Origin: Candidatus Latescibacterota bacterium
GTDB taxonomy: Bacteria; Latescibacterota; UBA2968; UBA8231
Direction: 5' to 3'
Length of the DNA stretch: 64,000 nt
Assembly: GCA_965217585.1 (NCBI GenBank)
Contig: OZ244561.1
Location: 6,048,001-6,112,000 of the forward strand
How positions within the stretch are numbered: position 1 is the first letter of the stretch; each line of letters begins with the position of its first letter. Made by a program: the position numbers and the translations under genes. The notes below the pieces were generated by a model, which did not search any database, had not been told where the DNA came from, and saw only the letters and a list, made by a program, of their open reading frames with translations. This document shows, piece after piece, positions 9,120 to 18,247 of the stretch.

Positions 9120-9932
9120 TTATATGGCCGAGAAGAGGAAAGGATTCGGTAGTTTGGAGGTGTAGACGACCTCTACAAAGCGCCACATCGTCCGCTCTGG
9201 ATCCCAGACCAGCCGACAAAAGAAGGGCGTGCAGATCGGTCCTTCCGACCCGGCGAACTCCGCCGGCTCTTCGGTGACAAACGCGATGTCGGTGAAGACC
9301 CGCTTCTCGCCAGCCCGCAGCGCCGATTCAATCTCTTGCTGCAATTTGAACCTCGCCTTGACAATGTCCCTCGGGTAAGCCTGATAGCGCTCGTAGTGGC
9401 CCTGCATCTCAAACACCTTGAACGTGCTGTGGCGGAAGAAGGCATTGCCAAAGCGGTAGTCATAGCCTTGATCGTCGAGGACGGCGCGGTGCATGGCTTG
9501 GAACAGGTCAAAGGGCGTGTCGCCTTTGGGGATGCCCCAACGCTCTAAGGTCTCTTGCATGTTCTTCAAGGCCCTAGGGTTGTTGACGCCCTCGCGCAGG
9601 TAAAACTGGGCGGCGAGGCTGTCATTGCCAGAGACCGAAAAGGCGACGAGAAAGTCGTAGAGCCAGCCGCGCAGGTCGGCTTCTTGCTCGGGGGTGATGG
9701 GGACGCCCGTTGCGATGGGGCCCGTCGCAACGGGGATGGTCGCAATGGCCTGCCACAACTTGGGACCGGCTTTGACCTTGATCTTCTTCGCGGTGTGGAT
9801 GTACTCCAGCAAGCCTTGGAGTTTGTCGAGACGGGGCTCAAAGCCCCCTTGCGGGTAATTGGTCTCGACGGCTGTTGCGCTGGAGACGGCGATCAGCGCG
9901 AGAGATAGGATGCGAATGGCTAAGCGTTGCAT
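9120..9932 (-). CDS. Secreted hypothetical protein, homolog of 40496-41491
   Basis: SD AAGGAGG, signal peptide MQRLAIRILSLALIAVSSATA; shares several sequence blocks with 40496-41491. Confidence 0.8.
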   Translation of the reverse strand: MQRLAIRILSLALIAVSSATAVETNYPQGGFEPRLDKLQGLLEYIHTAKKIKVKAGPKLWQAIATIPVATGPIATGVPITPEQEADLRGWLYDFLVAFSVSGNDSLAAQFYLREGVNNPRALKNMQETLERWGIPKGDTPFDLFQAMHRAVLDDQGYDYRFGNAFFRHSTFKVFEMQGHYERYQAYPRDIVKARFKLQQEIESALRAGEKRVFTDIAFVTEEPAEFAGSEGPICTPFFCRLVWDPERTMWRFVEVVYTSKLPNPFLFSAI

Positions 9933-10031
9933 GATGCCCTCCTTGTGGAAGAGTGCGGGTTGTTGCTTCGGTAAGCACTACCGTATCCCTCCTTTCTGGT
10001 AGGGGGTTCATTTATTGTCCTATCGTATCAG

Positions 10032-10072
10032 TGTTCTATCTACATAGTACAATATTATTGTGGACAAATCAA
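10032..10072 (-). promoter_or_regulatory. Sigma70 promoter with overlapping YtrA-type operator
   Basis: Minus strand: TTGATT (10072-10067), 17 bp, TACTAT (10049-10044); imperfect palindrome TGTTCTAT-N4-ATAGTACA at 10032-10051 covers the -10 box. Confidence 0.75.
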
Positions 10073-10203
10073 GAGTTTTTTTGCAGCGGCTTCCCCCGCT
10101 CGGAGGGTAATTTTATAGATTGTTATTTATTAAGGACTTACGGATATTTTGCAGAGTGCGTCTTTGCCAGCCCGCACGGCGTGGTAGGCAAGTGAGAAGT
10201 TAA

Positions 10204-11349
10204 TTACTCGCCGTTTACTAACAACTCGCCGATGGGTTGGGCCGCCTTCAGACCGTGACCCGAAAGCACGGCCACGATCCGCTGACCCGGCTCCACCAGA
10301 CCGGCGGCTCGGGCTTGGCGCAGGCCGTCCCATATCACAGCCGAAGTAGGCTCCACGCAAAAACCGGCCCGGCCCAACTGGCGCAAGCCCCGGACTATGG
10401 CCTCTTCGGAGACGGCGACTACGGTACCTGCTGACTGGCGCAAGGCGTTGATGACTTCGCGGTCTCTAACCGGGCGGGGTAGGGCAATGCCCTCGGCCCG
10501 GGTGGGACGCGGAGAAGCGGCGGGGGCGACCACGTCCAAGCCGGCGTGGAAGGCCTGGTACAGCGGCGAGACGTGTTCGGCCTGGACGGCAATGAGGCGC
10601 GGCAGGCGGTTGACCAGCCCGGCCCGCTGCAAATCGACAAAGCCGCGGTACAGGCCCAGTAAGATGCTGCCGGCTCCCACTGGACAGATCACTGCGTCGG
10701 GGGCGGTCCAGTCGAGTTGCTCGGCCAGTTCAAAGGCTAGGGTTTTGAGGCCTTCTATAAAGAGGGGGTGCCACAGGTGCGAGGCGTACACGGCCCCAGT
10801 GCGGTCAATGTAGTCGAGCAGCGCCTCGGTGGCCCGGGGGCGCGGTCCTTCCACCGCAATCAGTTCGGCTCCGTACAGGCGGATCTGAACCAGTTTGCCC
10901 GCCGAGGCCGCAGCCGGACAAAAGACTTTGAGGCGCACTTTGGCGCGGGCCGCGTACGCGGCTAGGGCGGCCCCGGCGTTGCCCGAGGAGTCCTCTACTG
11001 CTTCCTCTATGCCCAAGGCGTGCAAATAGCTTATAAGCAGGGCGGCCCCGCGGTCTTTGTACGAGCCGGTGGGCAGGGTGTGGTCGCATTTGGCCAGGAC
11101 CGTCATACCCTCCAGATCAAAGGGGATTAGGGGGGTGCGGGCCTCGCCGAGAGAGACGGGATCGCCCACCGGGGGTAGGGCTTCGCGGAAGCGCCACATA
11201 TCCGCGAGACGGGCGGCGATCTGGTCGCGGGGGAAGGTCGGGGTGGGGTACCGGCATTCGAGGGGTGCGTCGCAGGCGAGGCAGCGGTAGGGAGCCGGGG
11301 CTTGGGGATAGGGGGTCTGGCAGGCGGAGCAGTGGAAGGTGAGGGGCAT
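10204..11349 (-). CDS. Threonine synthase-like PLP-dependent enzyme
   Basis: N-terminal CxxC..CxxC, LGEARTPL, PTGSYKDRG (PLP lysine), DSSGNAG, VEPTSA, LSGHGLK. Confidence 0.88.
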   Translation of the reverse strand: MPLTFHCSACQTPYPQAPAPYRCLACDAPLECRYPTPTFPRDQIAARLADMWRFREALPPVGDPVSLGEARTPLIPFDLEGMTVLAKCDHTLPTGSYKDRGAALLISYLHALGIEEAVEDSSGNAGAALAAYAARAKVRLKVFCPAAASAGKLVQIRLYGAELIAVEGPRPRATEALLDYIDRTGAVYASHLWHPLFIEGLKTLAFELAEQLDWTAPDAVICPVGAGSILLGLYRGFVDLQRAGLVNRLPRLIAVQAEHVSPLYQAFHAGLDVVAPAASPRPTRAEGIALPRPVRDREVINALRQSAGTVVAVSEEAIVRGLRQLGRAGFCVEPTSAVIWDGLRQARAAGLVEPGQRIVAVLSGHGLKAAQPIGELLVNGE

Positions 11350-11485
11350 GGGTGAATTGGGGATTGGCAGTGTGTGCTGCCGCGACTATCGGTTCTAAGC
11401 GGCTAGGATTACTTTAAAATTTACGCCTTTTCATAATAATAACCACGTGATGTTTTAGTAGAATTCTTACTTGGAGGACATACCG

Positions 11486-13327
11486 ATGGCCGCCGACGTG
11501 CAAGACCTTGAACCCACTTGGGCCCACCGCACCGACGATGTTGACACCAAGGTCGAGATTCTGCGGCGGGCGCTGCGCACAGGGAACCACGAGCTGGCTC
11601 TGGGCGTGGCCGACTCCATCAAGGACACCATCGCCAATGAGCGCATGCTGCGTGCAGACCCGGGGCCTGTCGACCTGCCCGCCACTGGGTGGCACCTGAC
11701 TGAGCAGCTACCCAAGCCCTGGTCCCGATGGGCCGACGGTTGGGAGTTGTGCCAGACCGTGCGGCTTAGCGAGCCCATTGGCCAGGCGCGGCAGTCCGAG
11801 CCGCTGGACCTCCTCGTGGCGATGCCCGCGGAAAGGGTGACCGCGCCGGAACGCGAGCTGCGTGTCGCCCGGCTCGACCGCGGTCGGCCGGGCGAGGTTT
11901 GCAGCCAAGTCTATGGCGCGGTCCGTCGCGGTCCATACTGGTTCGCCCACTTGGTCTTCGAGGCCGATGTCCCCGCCGCTGGTCAGGCCGTGTTTCTCAT
12001 CTTCTGCGGCAACCCCGCCGCCGAACTGCCCGACTACCCGAGCCGCCTGAGCATCCGGGGAGAGGGTGTCGGTGTGGAGGTCGAGACCCCCCACTACGTG
12101 GCCGCTCTCTCCCGGCAGATGGGCCAACTGGAGTCTCTGACACCCAAGTGGCACCTAGGCGGGCTGCGGTTGTCCACGCACGGGAACGGCCACGGCGAGC
12201 CACCCAATATCGACTGGGCCCACGATTACACCACGGCCGGTGCCTTTCAGAAAATGCGGGTGACAAACTGGGCCGAGTGTCCCCACTACGAAGTGGTGCG
12301 CGGTCCCTTGTGCGCCCGGGTGCGGCGTTTTGGCTTCCCTCACAGTCCAGTACACCCGCTATTCACGCCCAGCCGCTTTTTCATGGACCTGACCTATACC
12401 TTCTACGCCGGAGTCCCCTATTTCCTGAAGGATGGCCGCATGGAGGCGACACGCGACTTCTGTGCGCATGTGGCCCGTGATGACGAGTGGTACTTCGGCG
12501 GCCGGCCTTTCGATGCGTCCCTGTGGATGGACGAAGCCGGTCGCGTCCACGAGGGGCCGGTGCCGCCGGAGCAGATCGACCACGTCTGGGGCGTGGGCTT
12601 CTATCATCGTCAGAGTCGGGACAGCCTATTCGCCATCTATCTGGACCATCACCTTGAAGGATCGCCCACTGCCGGCCCGGAGGCGACGTCAAAAGCCAAG
12701 CTCTATCAGCACCTCGACGTCACCCTCGACCATGCCAAGCCGGGCCAGCCGCCGCACGCGTCGGTTTGGTGTCGGCCCATGCTGCGCGACAACGCTTGGC
12801 TCCAGACCGGCTTGTCTCTCGTGCAGCGCAACGCCTACCTGCTGGCACCGTATCCCGAGCAGGGCGGTGCCGCTGGGCTGGAAGCGCTGCGCGAGCGACT
12901 GTTGTCTCCTCTGATTGTCGCGGTGGACGTGCCCGCATTTGCGGACTGGAGCGACGAGGCGTCGGAAGGGGGCCAACCCCTAGCTCGTATCGGTGAGCGC
13001 CCCGCTGACTGGCCGCGGAAGCGCGCGCTGTGGGAAGCCATGCGGGAGGTTCGCGAGGACCAGTTCAACAGCACCGTGGACGCCAGCTTGGTGGACATGG
13101 GATACATCTACGACGTGCGCACGCACGGCAACGACGTTCGCGTGGTGATGACGATGCCGCACCGAGGGCGCCCGAAGTACGACTTCCTTGCCCAACCACT
13201 GCGGGCGCGGCTGGAACAGCTACCGGGCGTCCGTTCTGTCGTTGTTGAATTGACCTGGGAGCCGGCTTGGACGCCGAATCGCCTCACGGACGTCGGTCGC
13301 CGGCTGATGGGACTGGCTGAAGAGTAA
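11486..13327 (+). CDS. Hypothetical protein with C-terminal DUF59 (SufT/PaaD-like Fe-S assembly) domain
   Basis: C-terminus SLVDMGYIYDV...VRVVMTM...VVVELTWEPAWTPNRLT matches DUF59; SD GGAGG before ATG 11486. Confidence 0.75.
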   Translation: MAADVQDLEPTWAHRTDDVDTKVEILRRALRTGNHELALGVADSIKDTIANERMLRADPGPVDLPATGWHLTEQLPKPWSRWADGWELCQTVRLSEPIGQARQSEPLDLLVAMPAERVTAPERELRVARLDRGRPGEVCSQVYGAVRRGPYWFAHLVFEADVPAAGQAVFLIFCGNPAAELPDYPSRLSIRGEGVGVEVETPHYVAALSRQMGQLESLTPKWHLGGLRLSTHGNGHGEPPNIDWAHDYTTAGAFQKMRVTNWAECPHYEVVRGPLCARVRRFGFPHSPVHPLFTPSRFFMDLTYTFYAGVPYFLKDGRMEATRDFCAHVARDDEWYFGGRPFDASLWMDEAGRVHEGPVPPEQIDHVWGVGFYHRQSRDSLFAIYLDHHLEGSPTAGPEATSKAKLYQHLDVTLDHAKPGQPPHASVWCRPMLRDNAWLQTGLSLVQRNAYLLAPYPEQGGAAGLEALRERLLSPLIVAVDVPAFADWSDEASEGGQPLARIGERPADWPRKRALWEAMREVREDQFNSTVDASLVDMGYIYDVRTHGNDVRVVMTMPHRGRPKYDFLAQPLRARLEQLPGVRSVVVELTWEPAWTPNRLTDVGRRLMGLAEE

Positions 13328-13348
13328 GAAAGGGGCGGGTCGAAAACC

Positions 13349-14926
13349 CTAGACGCGATAGGCAAACAGCTTGGCACCGAGCATGCGCACCCGGATGCCG
13401 ACCGCCTCGCCGGCCGCGGAGATGTTGGAGCGGCCCTGCCAGGTTACCACCCGGTCTTCGCAATCACCCGTTAGACGGTCGCAGTCATCAAAGGTGAACC
13501 CCGGTAGCGGATCGGCGTCGGGGAGCATCAACGACGGCAGCTTCTCCAGCAATTCAACCTGAATCCAGCCGCCCGGCTCGCAGCGATAGTTGAGGCGCAG
13601 CTCATCGTGGGCGCGGAAGAGAGAGGGCAGGGAGAAGCCGCCCTCGGCGCTGGCGCGCACCCCGCAGAACCGGTGCGGACGCCAGCGCGCCCAGCGAATC
13701 TGCTGCGGTTGCCGCGCAGGAAAGAGCTCGGGCACCTTGTCGGCGGGGCAATCGTGAATGACCGAGAAGGCCGCGTATGGACAGGCCCAATGGCCATCGG
13801 GCAGTTCGACGAGGCCGCTGCGCCAGAAGTGGGCCATGCATTCGTCGCCCTCGCCCTCGGCACCCAGCGGCAGGATCGGTCGGCGCTCGGGACGGGACCA
13901 GTAGAGGCCATCGCGGCTGAAGGCGATTTGCCCGTCGATGGTGCTGGCGATCTGGTGATATACGGGGATGAGCATGCCGTGCAGGTCGTCGCGGCCTGGG
14001 TACGGGAAGTAGTTGGCACCGTAAAAGCTGATGTCGGGAGGGTCTTCGGTGTCGGGGTGATGGATCAGCTTTGGAGCGGGCCAGTTGGCAAAGTCGTCGG
14101 TGCGCGAAAAGCCGATCGTGCGGATCTGCATGCCCTGTTCGAGCCTGTTGACACCAATGCCTTCGAGCAGTTCGGCGGGGTAGCCCATTAGCTGGATGTA
14201 GGCGAAGTAGTTGCCGCGATGTTCATCGTAGCGGGCCGATATGCCGCCGTTGACCGGTCGGTACGCCAGCGGCTCTGCGACGGGCGTCCAGTGGAGGCCG
14301 TCGGAGGATGTCCAAGCTAACATGTGGCCCGTGATTTCGGCTCTGGGACCGGTGTAGTTCTCTTGCTCCTGCTCGGCCTTGATGCGCCGGGACGGCTCAT
14401 CGCCAGACAGCTCTTCACCGCTGTCTGGATCCCACCAGTACATGCGGCCGCCCATCGCCTTGAAGCGCTCCTTGGGGGGTGCGTTGGGGTCTTCGAAGAT
14501 TCCGGTGGCCCCTTTGCATGAGTTGGAGAGCAGGTTGTTGTTGGACGAGCCGTTGAATTCGACCTCGTTGAGGACGGATCGCGTCCAGTTATACGCATCG
14601 TCGCTGACCGCGTAACACTGGCCACCCTCGCTGTCGTAGAGCAAGTGATAGCGCCCGTCCCGCTGCCAGATGTAGAGCGGCGAGACGTGGGTGCCTTCCC
14701 ACTCCATTGACGCCTGCAGGATCGGCTCGGACTTAATGGCCTCCTCGATCTCAAAGCGGATGCCAAGCGGGGCGTCATAGAGTTCCAGGACACCGTGCCG
14801 ACTGGAGCCACGGTGTCCTGGAAAGACGTCAATCATGTCAACCAGCGGACTCCAGGCGCCCGTGTTGAGGCGAATGCGGGGCGGGCGGCGTCTGGGAGCC
14901 TTTTTTTCGTTGCTGCGATCAGTCAT
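13349..14926 (-). CDS. GH32/GH43-like beta-propeller protein (putative glycoside hydrolase)
   Basis: Asp-box-like repeats YAVSDDAYNW, TSSDGLHW, FSRDGLYWSR; C-terminal beta-sandwich ending AKLFAYRV. Confidence 0.65.
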   Translation of the reverse strand: MTDRSNEKKAPRRRPPRIRLNTGAWSPLVDMIDVFPGHRGSSRHGVLELYDAPLGIRFEIEEAIKSEPILQASMEWEGTHVSPLYIWQRDGRYHLLYDSEGGQCYAVSDDAYNWTRSVLNEVEFNGSSNNNLLSNSCKGATGIFEDPNAPPKERFKAMGGRMYWWDPDSGEELSGDEPSRRIKAEQEQENYTGPRAEITGHMLAWTSSDGLHWTPVAEPLAYRPVNGGISARYDEHRGNYFAYIQLMGYPAELLEGIGVNRLEQGMQIRTIGFSRTDDFANWPAPKLIHHPDTEDPPDISFYGANYFPYPGRDDLHGMLIPVYHQIASTIDGQIAFSRDGLYWSRPERRPILPLGAEGEGDECMAHFWRSGLVELPDGHWACPYAAFSVIHDCPADKVPELFPARQPQQIRWARWRPHRFCGVRASAEGGFSLPSLFRAHDELRLNYRCEPGGWIQVELLEKLPSLMLPDADPLPGFTFDDCDRLTGDCEDRVVTWQGRSNISAAGEAVGIRVRMLGAKLFAYRV

Positions 14927-15111
14927 CAGGGCAATCTCTCGGTGGTGGCAGTGTAGTGGACCCGGAAGACTGGCTCGCTGGTTAAGGTGAAATTATCTTA
15001 CCAGTGAAGATCCGGGTCCACTTCCATGTTCGTAAAAGATATAGGTATCCATTTGCCCTTCAACAAGGCACCCGATCCTGTGCCTACACCCTACTCTGAA
15101 AGGAAGACCCC

Positions 15112-16374
15112 ATGAAAGTCACCAATGTCGAACGCATTATCGTCGATGTCCCGTTCACGCCTAGACAGCAGGAGATAACCCGCCAGTCGGTTTACAACTG
15201 GTCCATCCTCGAGCTGTGTAAGGTCTCCACCGACACGGGCCACGTGGGCTGGGGAGAGACCGTCATTCACTATACCTACGGTCGGGTGACCGATGATGCG
15301 GTTGCACGCACAATCGGCCAAAGCCCGGCCGACCTGATGAACGAAGACAGCCTAGGCGCTGGTTTGCAGATGGCGCTGTTCGACGTGGTCGGCAAGATAC
15401 TCGAAGTCCCGGTGCATCGGCTGCTGGGCACCAAAATGCGCGACTGGACGCCGATCTCTTGGTGGTGCAGTCACTCCTCACCGGAAAACTGGGCCGCCGA
15501 AGCGGCCGATGCCGTGGCGCAAGGGTACACCAATCTCAAGAACAAACCGAGGCCCTGGAACGACATCGTCGCACAGGTCGATGCCGTAAGCAAGGTGGTG
15601 CCCCCTCATTTCCATCTCGATCTCGATCCCAACGGCTCCTGGGAGAACGCGGCCAACGCCATTCCGATCATCAAGAGGCTCGAGCGCTACGAAAACGTGG
15701 CCATGTTCGAAACGCCCATCCCGCAGGAGGACATTCTCGGCAATCGCCAGATTCGCCAGGCCGTGAACAGGCCGGTGGCCATGCACTTTGGTTCGCCGCC
15801 GTTTCTCACGGCTGTGCGCGAGGAAGTTTGCGACGGCTTTGTGATTGGGGGCGGAAAATCACTGACCATGCGCCAGGGGCAATGCGCCGCGGAAGTTTCC
15901 CTGCCGTTCTGGTTGCAGATCGTCGGCAATGGGTTGACGACCACGTGGGACGCCCATCTCGGCTCGGTGCTAACGCACGCGCGGTGGCCGGCTATTAGCT
16001 GTATCAATATGTACAGCCACCATCTACTGACCGAGCCTGTTCGGGTGATCAATGGGCATCAGCGGGTCCCCGATGGGCCTGGCCTCGGCGTCGAGGTTGA
16101 TGAGGCGGCGGTTGAGCAATACCGCGTGCCGCAGGAGACGCTCGATGACCATGCGCGTCAGGGGCAGCTCTACACCCACCCGAAGCCGCGGCTGATCAAT
16201 ACGATCGTCTATCCTGACGGCACCTGCATACACATGGACTACCCCAGCGCGCCGGGAACCTATGTGGAGGGAGTGCGCACCGAAATCTGGGAGGACGATG
16301 GCTCGCAAGAATGGCAGAACCTGTACCAGCGCGTGCAAAAGGAGAAGCAGGTGGTCAGTCGGTGGGATCGGTAG
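15112..16374 (+). CDS. Mandelate racemase/muconate lactonizing enzyme (enolase superfamily)
   Basis: GHVGWGET, MALFDVVGK, LKNK, LDPN, FETP, PDGPGLGVEVDE. Confidence 0.88.
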   Translation: MKVTNVERIIVDVPFTPRQQEITRQSVYNWSILELCKVSTDTGHVGWGETVIHYTYGRVTDDAVARTIGQSPADLMNEDSLGAGLQMALFDVVGKILEVPVHRLLGTKMRDWTPISWWCSHSSPENWAAEAADAVAQGYTNLKNKPRPWNDIVAQVDAVSKVVPPHFHLDLDPNGSWENAANAIPIIKRLERYENVAMFETPIPQEDILGNRQIRQAVNRPVAMHFGSPPFLTAVREEVCDGFVIGGGKSLTMRQGQCAAEVSLPFWLQIVGNGLTTTWDAHLGSVLTHARWPAISCINMYSHHLLTEPVRVINGHQRVPDGPGLGVEVDEAAVEQYRVPQETLDDHARQGQLYTHPKPRLINTIVYPDGTCIHMDYPSAPGTYVEGVRTEIWEDDGSQEWQNLYQRVQKEKQVVSRWDR

Positions 16375-16398
16375 GGGCGACCGGCCGGTCGCCCCTAC
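16371..16398. repeat. GTAG-type REP palindrome (second copy) between convergent genes
   Basis: Identical to 9077-9104; overlaps the TAG stop of the upstream gene. Confidence 0.85.
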
Positions 16399-16413
16399 GT
16401 AGATGACGTTTTT

Positions 16414-18084
16414 CTAGCTGGTCACCGCCCCTTGGGCTGCCGACGACACCGAGCGGGCGTATTTGGCCATCACGCCGGAGGTGTAGCGCGGCGGCGGGGC
16501 CTCCCAGGCGGCTAGGCGGGCCTGCAACTCGGCTTCGTCTAGCGCTACGTCCAAATGGCCTGTCGTGGTGTCGATGGTGATGGTATCGCCGTCGTGTAGG
16601 ACGGCTAGGGGGCCGCCCACCGCGGCTTCGGGAGCGGCGTGGCCGATCATCAGGCCGCGGGTGGCACCCGAAAAGCGGCCATCGGTGACCAAGGCCACGG
16701 AGTCGCCCAGACCCGACCCCACAATGGCACCTGTGACGGCTAGCATCTCGCGCATACCCGGTCCGCCCTTGGGGCCTTCGTAGCGGATGACCACCACGTC
16801 GCCGGGCTGGATGTGGCCCTGCTCAATGGCCGGCATGACCTCGTCCTCGCTGTCGAAGACGCGGGCCGGGCCTTGGTGCTGGGCGCGTTCGTGGCCGGCC
16901 AATTTCACCACTGCGCCTTCGGGGGCGAGATTGCCCTTTAGCACGACTAACCCACCCGTTTTCTTCAGCGGTTTATCGACTGGAACCACTACCTGCTGGC
17001 CGGGGGTTTCCACGGCGCGGTCGGCCTCTTGGCCAATGGTGCGGCCCGATACCGTGAGGGCGTCTTCGTGCAGCAGGTCGGTTTCTTTGAGGCGGCGGGC
17101 CACCAAGGCGATGCCGCCGGCTTTGTCCAAGTCGGGGGCGACAAAGCGGCCGCCGGGCTTGAGATCGACCATGAGTGGGGTGGAACTGCTCAAGGCTTGG
17201 AAGTCCTCGATGTCCAGTTCCAATCCGGCCTCCCGGGCGATGGCCAGAAAATGCAGCACGCCGTTGGTCGAGCCGCCGGTGGTGGCAATGGAGCGGATGG
17301 CGTTGTCGAGGGCGGGGCGGGTGATGATTTGCGAGGGTTTGCGATTTTGGCGCACCAACTCGACGGCTAGGCCCCCGACTTGGACGCCGACGGCTTCCTT
17401 GCGCGGGTCGGTGGCCGGTACCGAGCCCGAGCCCATGAGGGCCACGCCGAGGATCTCGGCTGCGGTGGCCATGGTATTGGCGGTGAATTGACCGCCGCAG
17501 GACCCGGCTCCTGGGCAGGCGTTTTCTTCGATGAGGCGCAATTGGTCGTCGTCGATGCGGCCGGTGGCGTGGGCACCGATGGCTTCGTACACGTCTTGGA
17601 TGGTGATGTCGGCTTGGTTGTGGTGGCCGGGCATAATCGAGCCGCCGTAGAGCAGCACCGAGGGGATGTCCAAGCGGCACATGGCCATAATGGCCCCTGG
17701 GGTGGTTTTGTCGCAGCCGGTGAGGGCGACAAAGCCGTCGAGCATGTGACCGCGCACCACCAGTTCCATGGAGTCGGCGATGACTTCGCGCGAAATGAGC
17801 GAGGTCTTCATGCCTTCGGTGCCCATGGTGATGCCGTCGGAGATCACCACCGTATTGAATTCGAGGGGAGTGCCGCCGGCACGGCGGATGCCGGCCTTGA
17901 CGTGCTCGGCTAGGCGGCGCAGGCCAAAATTGCAGGGGCCCAGTTCGGTCCAGGTATTGGCGATGCCGATGAGGGGTTTGCGCAGGGCCTCGGCGTCGAA
18001 GCCAGCGGCCCGGTACATGGCGCGGGCTCCGGCCCGGGACGGGCCTTGGGTGATGTGCTTGCTGATGGGGGTGGAGTCGGTCAT
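16414..18084 (-). CDS. ilvD: Dihydroxy-acid dehydratase
   Basis: PCN, SDGITMG, GCDKT, CPGAGSCGGQFTANTM, GGSTN, YEGPKGGPGMREM, TDGRFSG. Confidence 0.96.
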   Translation of the reverse strand: MTDSTPISKHITQGPSRAGARAMYRAAGFDAEALRKPLIGIANTWTELGPCNFGLRRLAEHVKAGIRRAGGTPLEFNTVVISDGITMGTEGMKTSLISREVIADSMELVVRGHMLDGFVALTGCDKTTPGAIMAMCRLDIPSVLLYGGSIMPGHHNQADITIQDVYEAIGAHATGRIDDDQLRLIEENACPGAGSCGGQFTANTMATAAEILGVALMGSGSVPATDPRKEAVGVQVGGLAVELVRQNRKPSQIITRPALDNAIRSIATTGGSTNGVLHFLAIAREAGLELDIEDFQALSSSTPLMVDLKPGGRFVAPDLDKAGGIALVARRLKETDLLHEDALTVSGRTIGQEADRAVETPGQQVVVPVDKPLKKTGGLVVLKGNLAPEGAVVKLAGHERAQHQGPARVFDSEDEVMPAIEQGHIQPGDVVVIRYEGPKGGPGMREMLAVTGAIVGSGLGDSVALVTDGRFSGATRGLMIGHAAPEAAVGGPLAVLHDGDTITIDTTTGHLDVALDEAELQARLAAWEAPPPRYTSGVMAKYARSVSSAAQGAVTS

Positions 18085-18247
18085 GGCGTGCGCTTTCTGA
18101 TGTGGGGAAGTGGAACTAAAGACGGATAGTAGCGTCTGAGTTTTACCCCGTCAACTGAGGGTGGTATCTTGTCGCCGAACTGCTGCGGATGTTGTCCGGG
18201 AGTATCTTTCATTGATGTTGCGGTATTGCCCTTCAAAGGAGGTTGTC

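Noticed and set aside
9841-9995. Strong SD (AGAAAGGAGG) followed by GTG upstream of 9932, considered as a RiPP precursor or leader peptide
   Set aside because: The ORF overlaps the downstream gene out of frame, has no precursor-like features, and no modification enzymes are nearby
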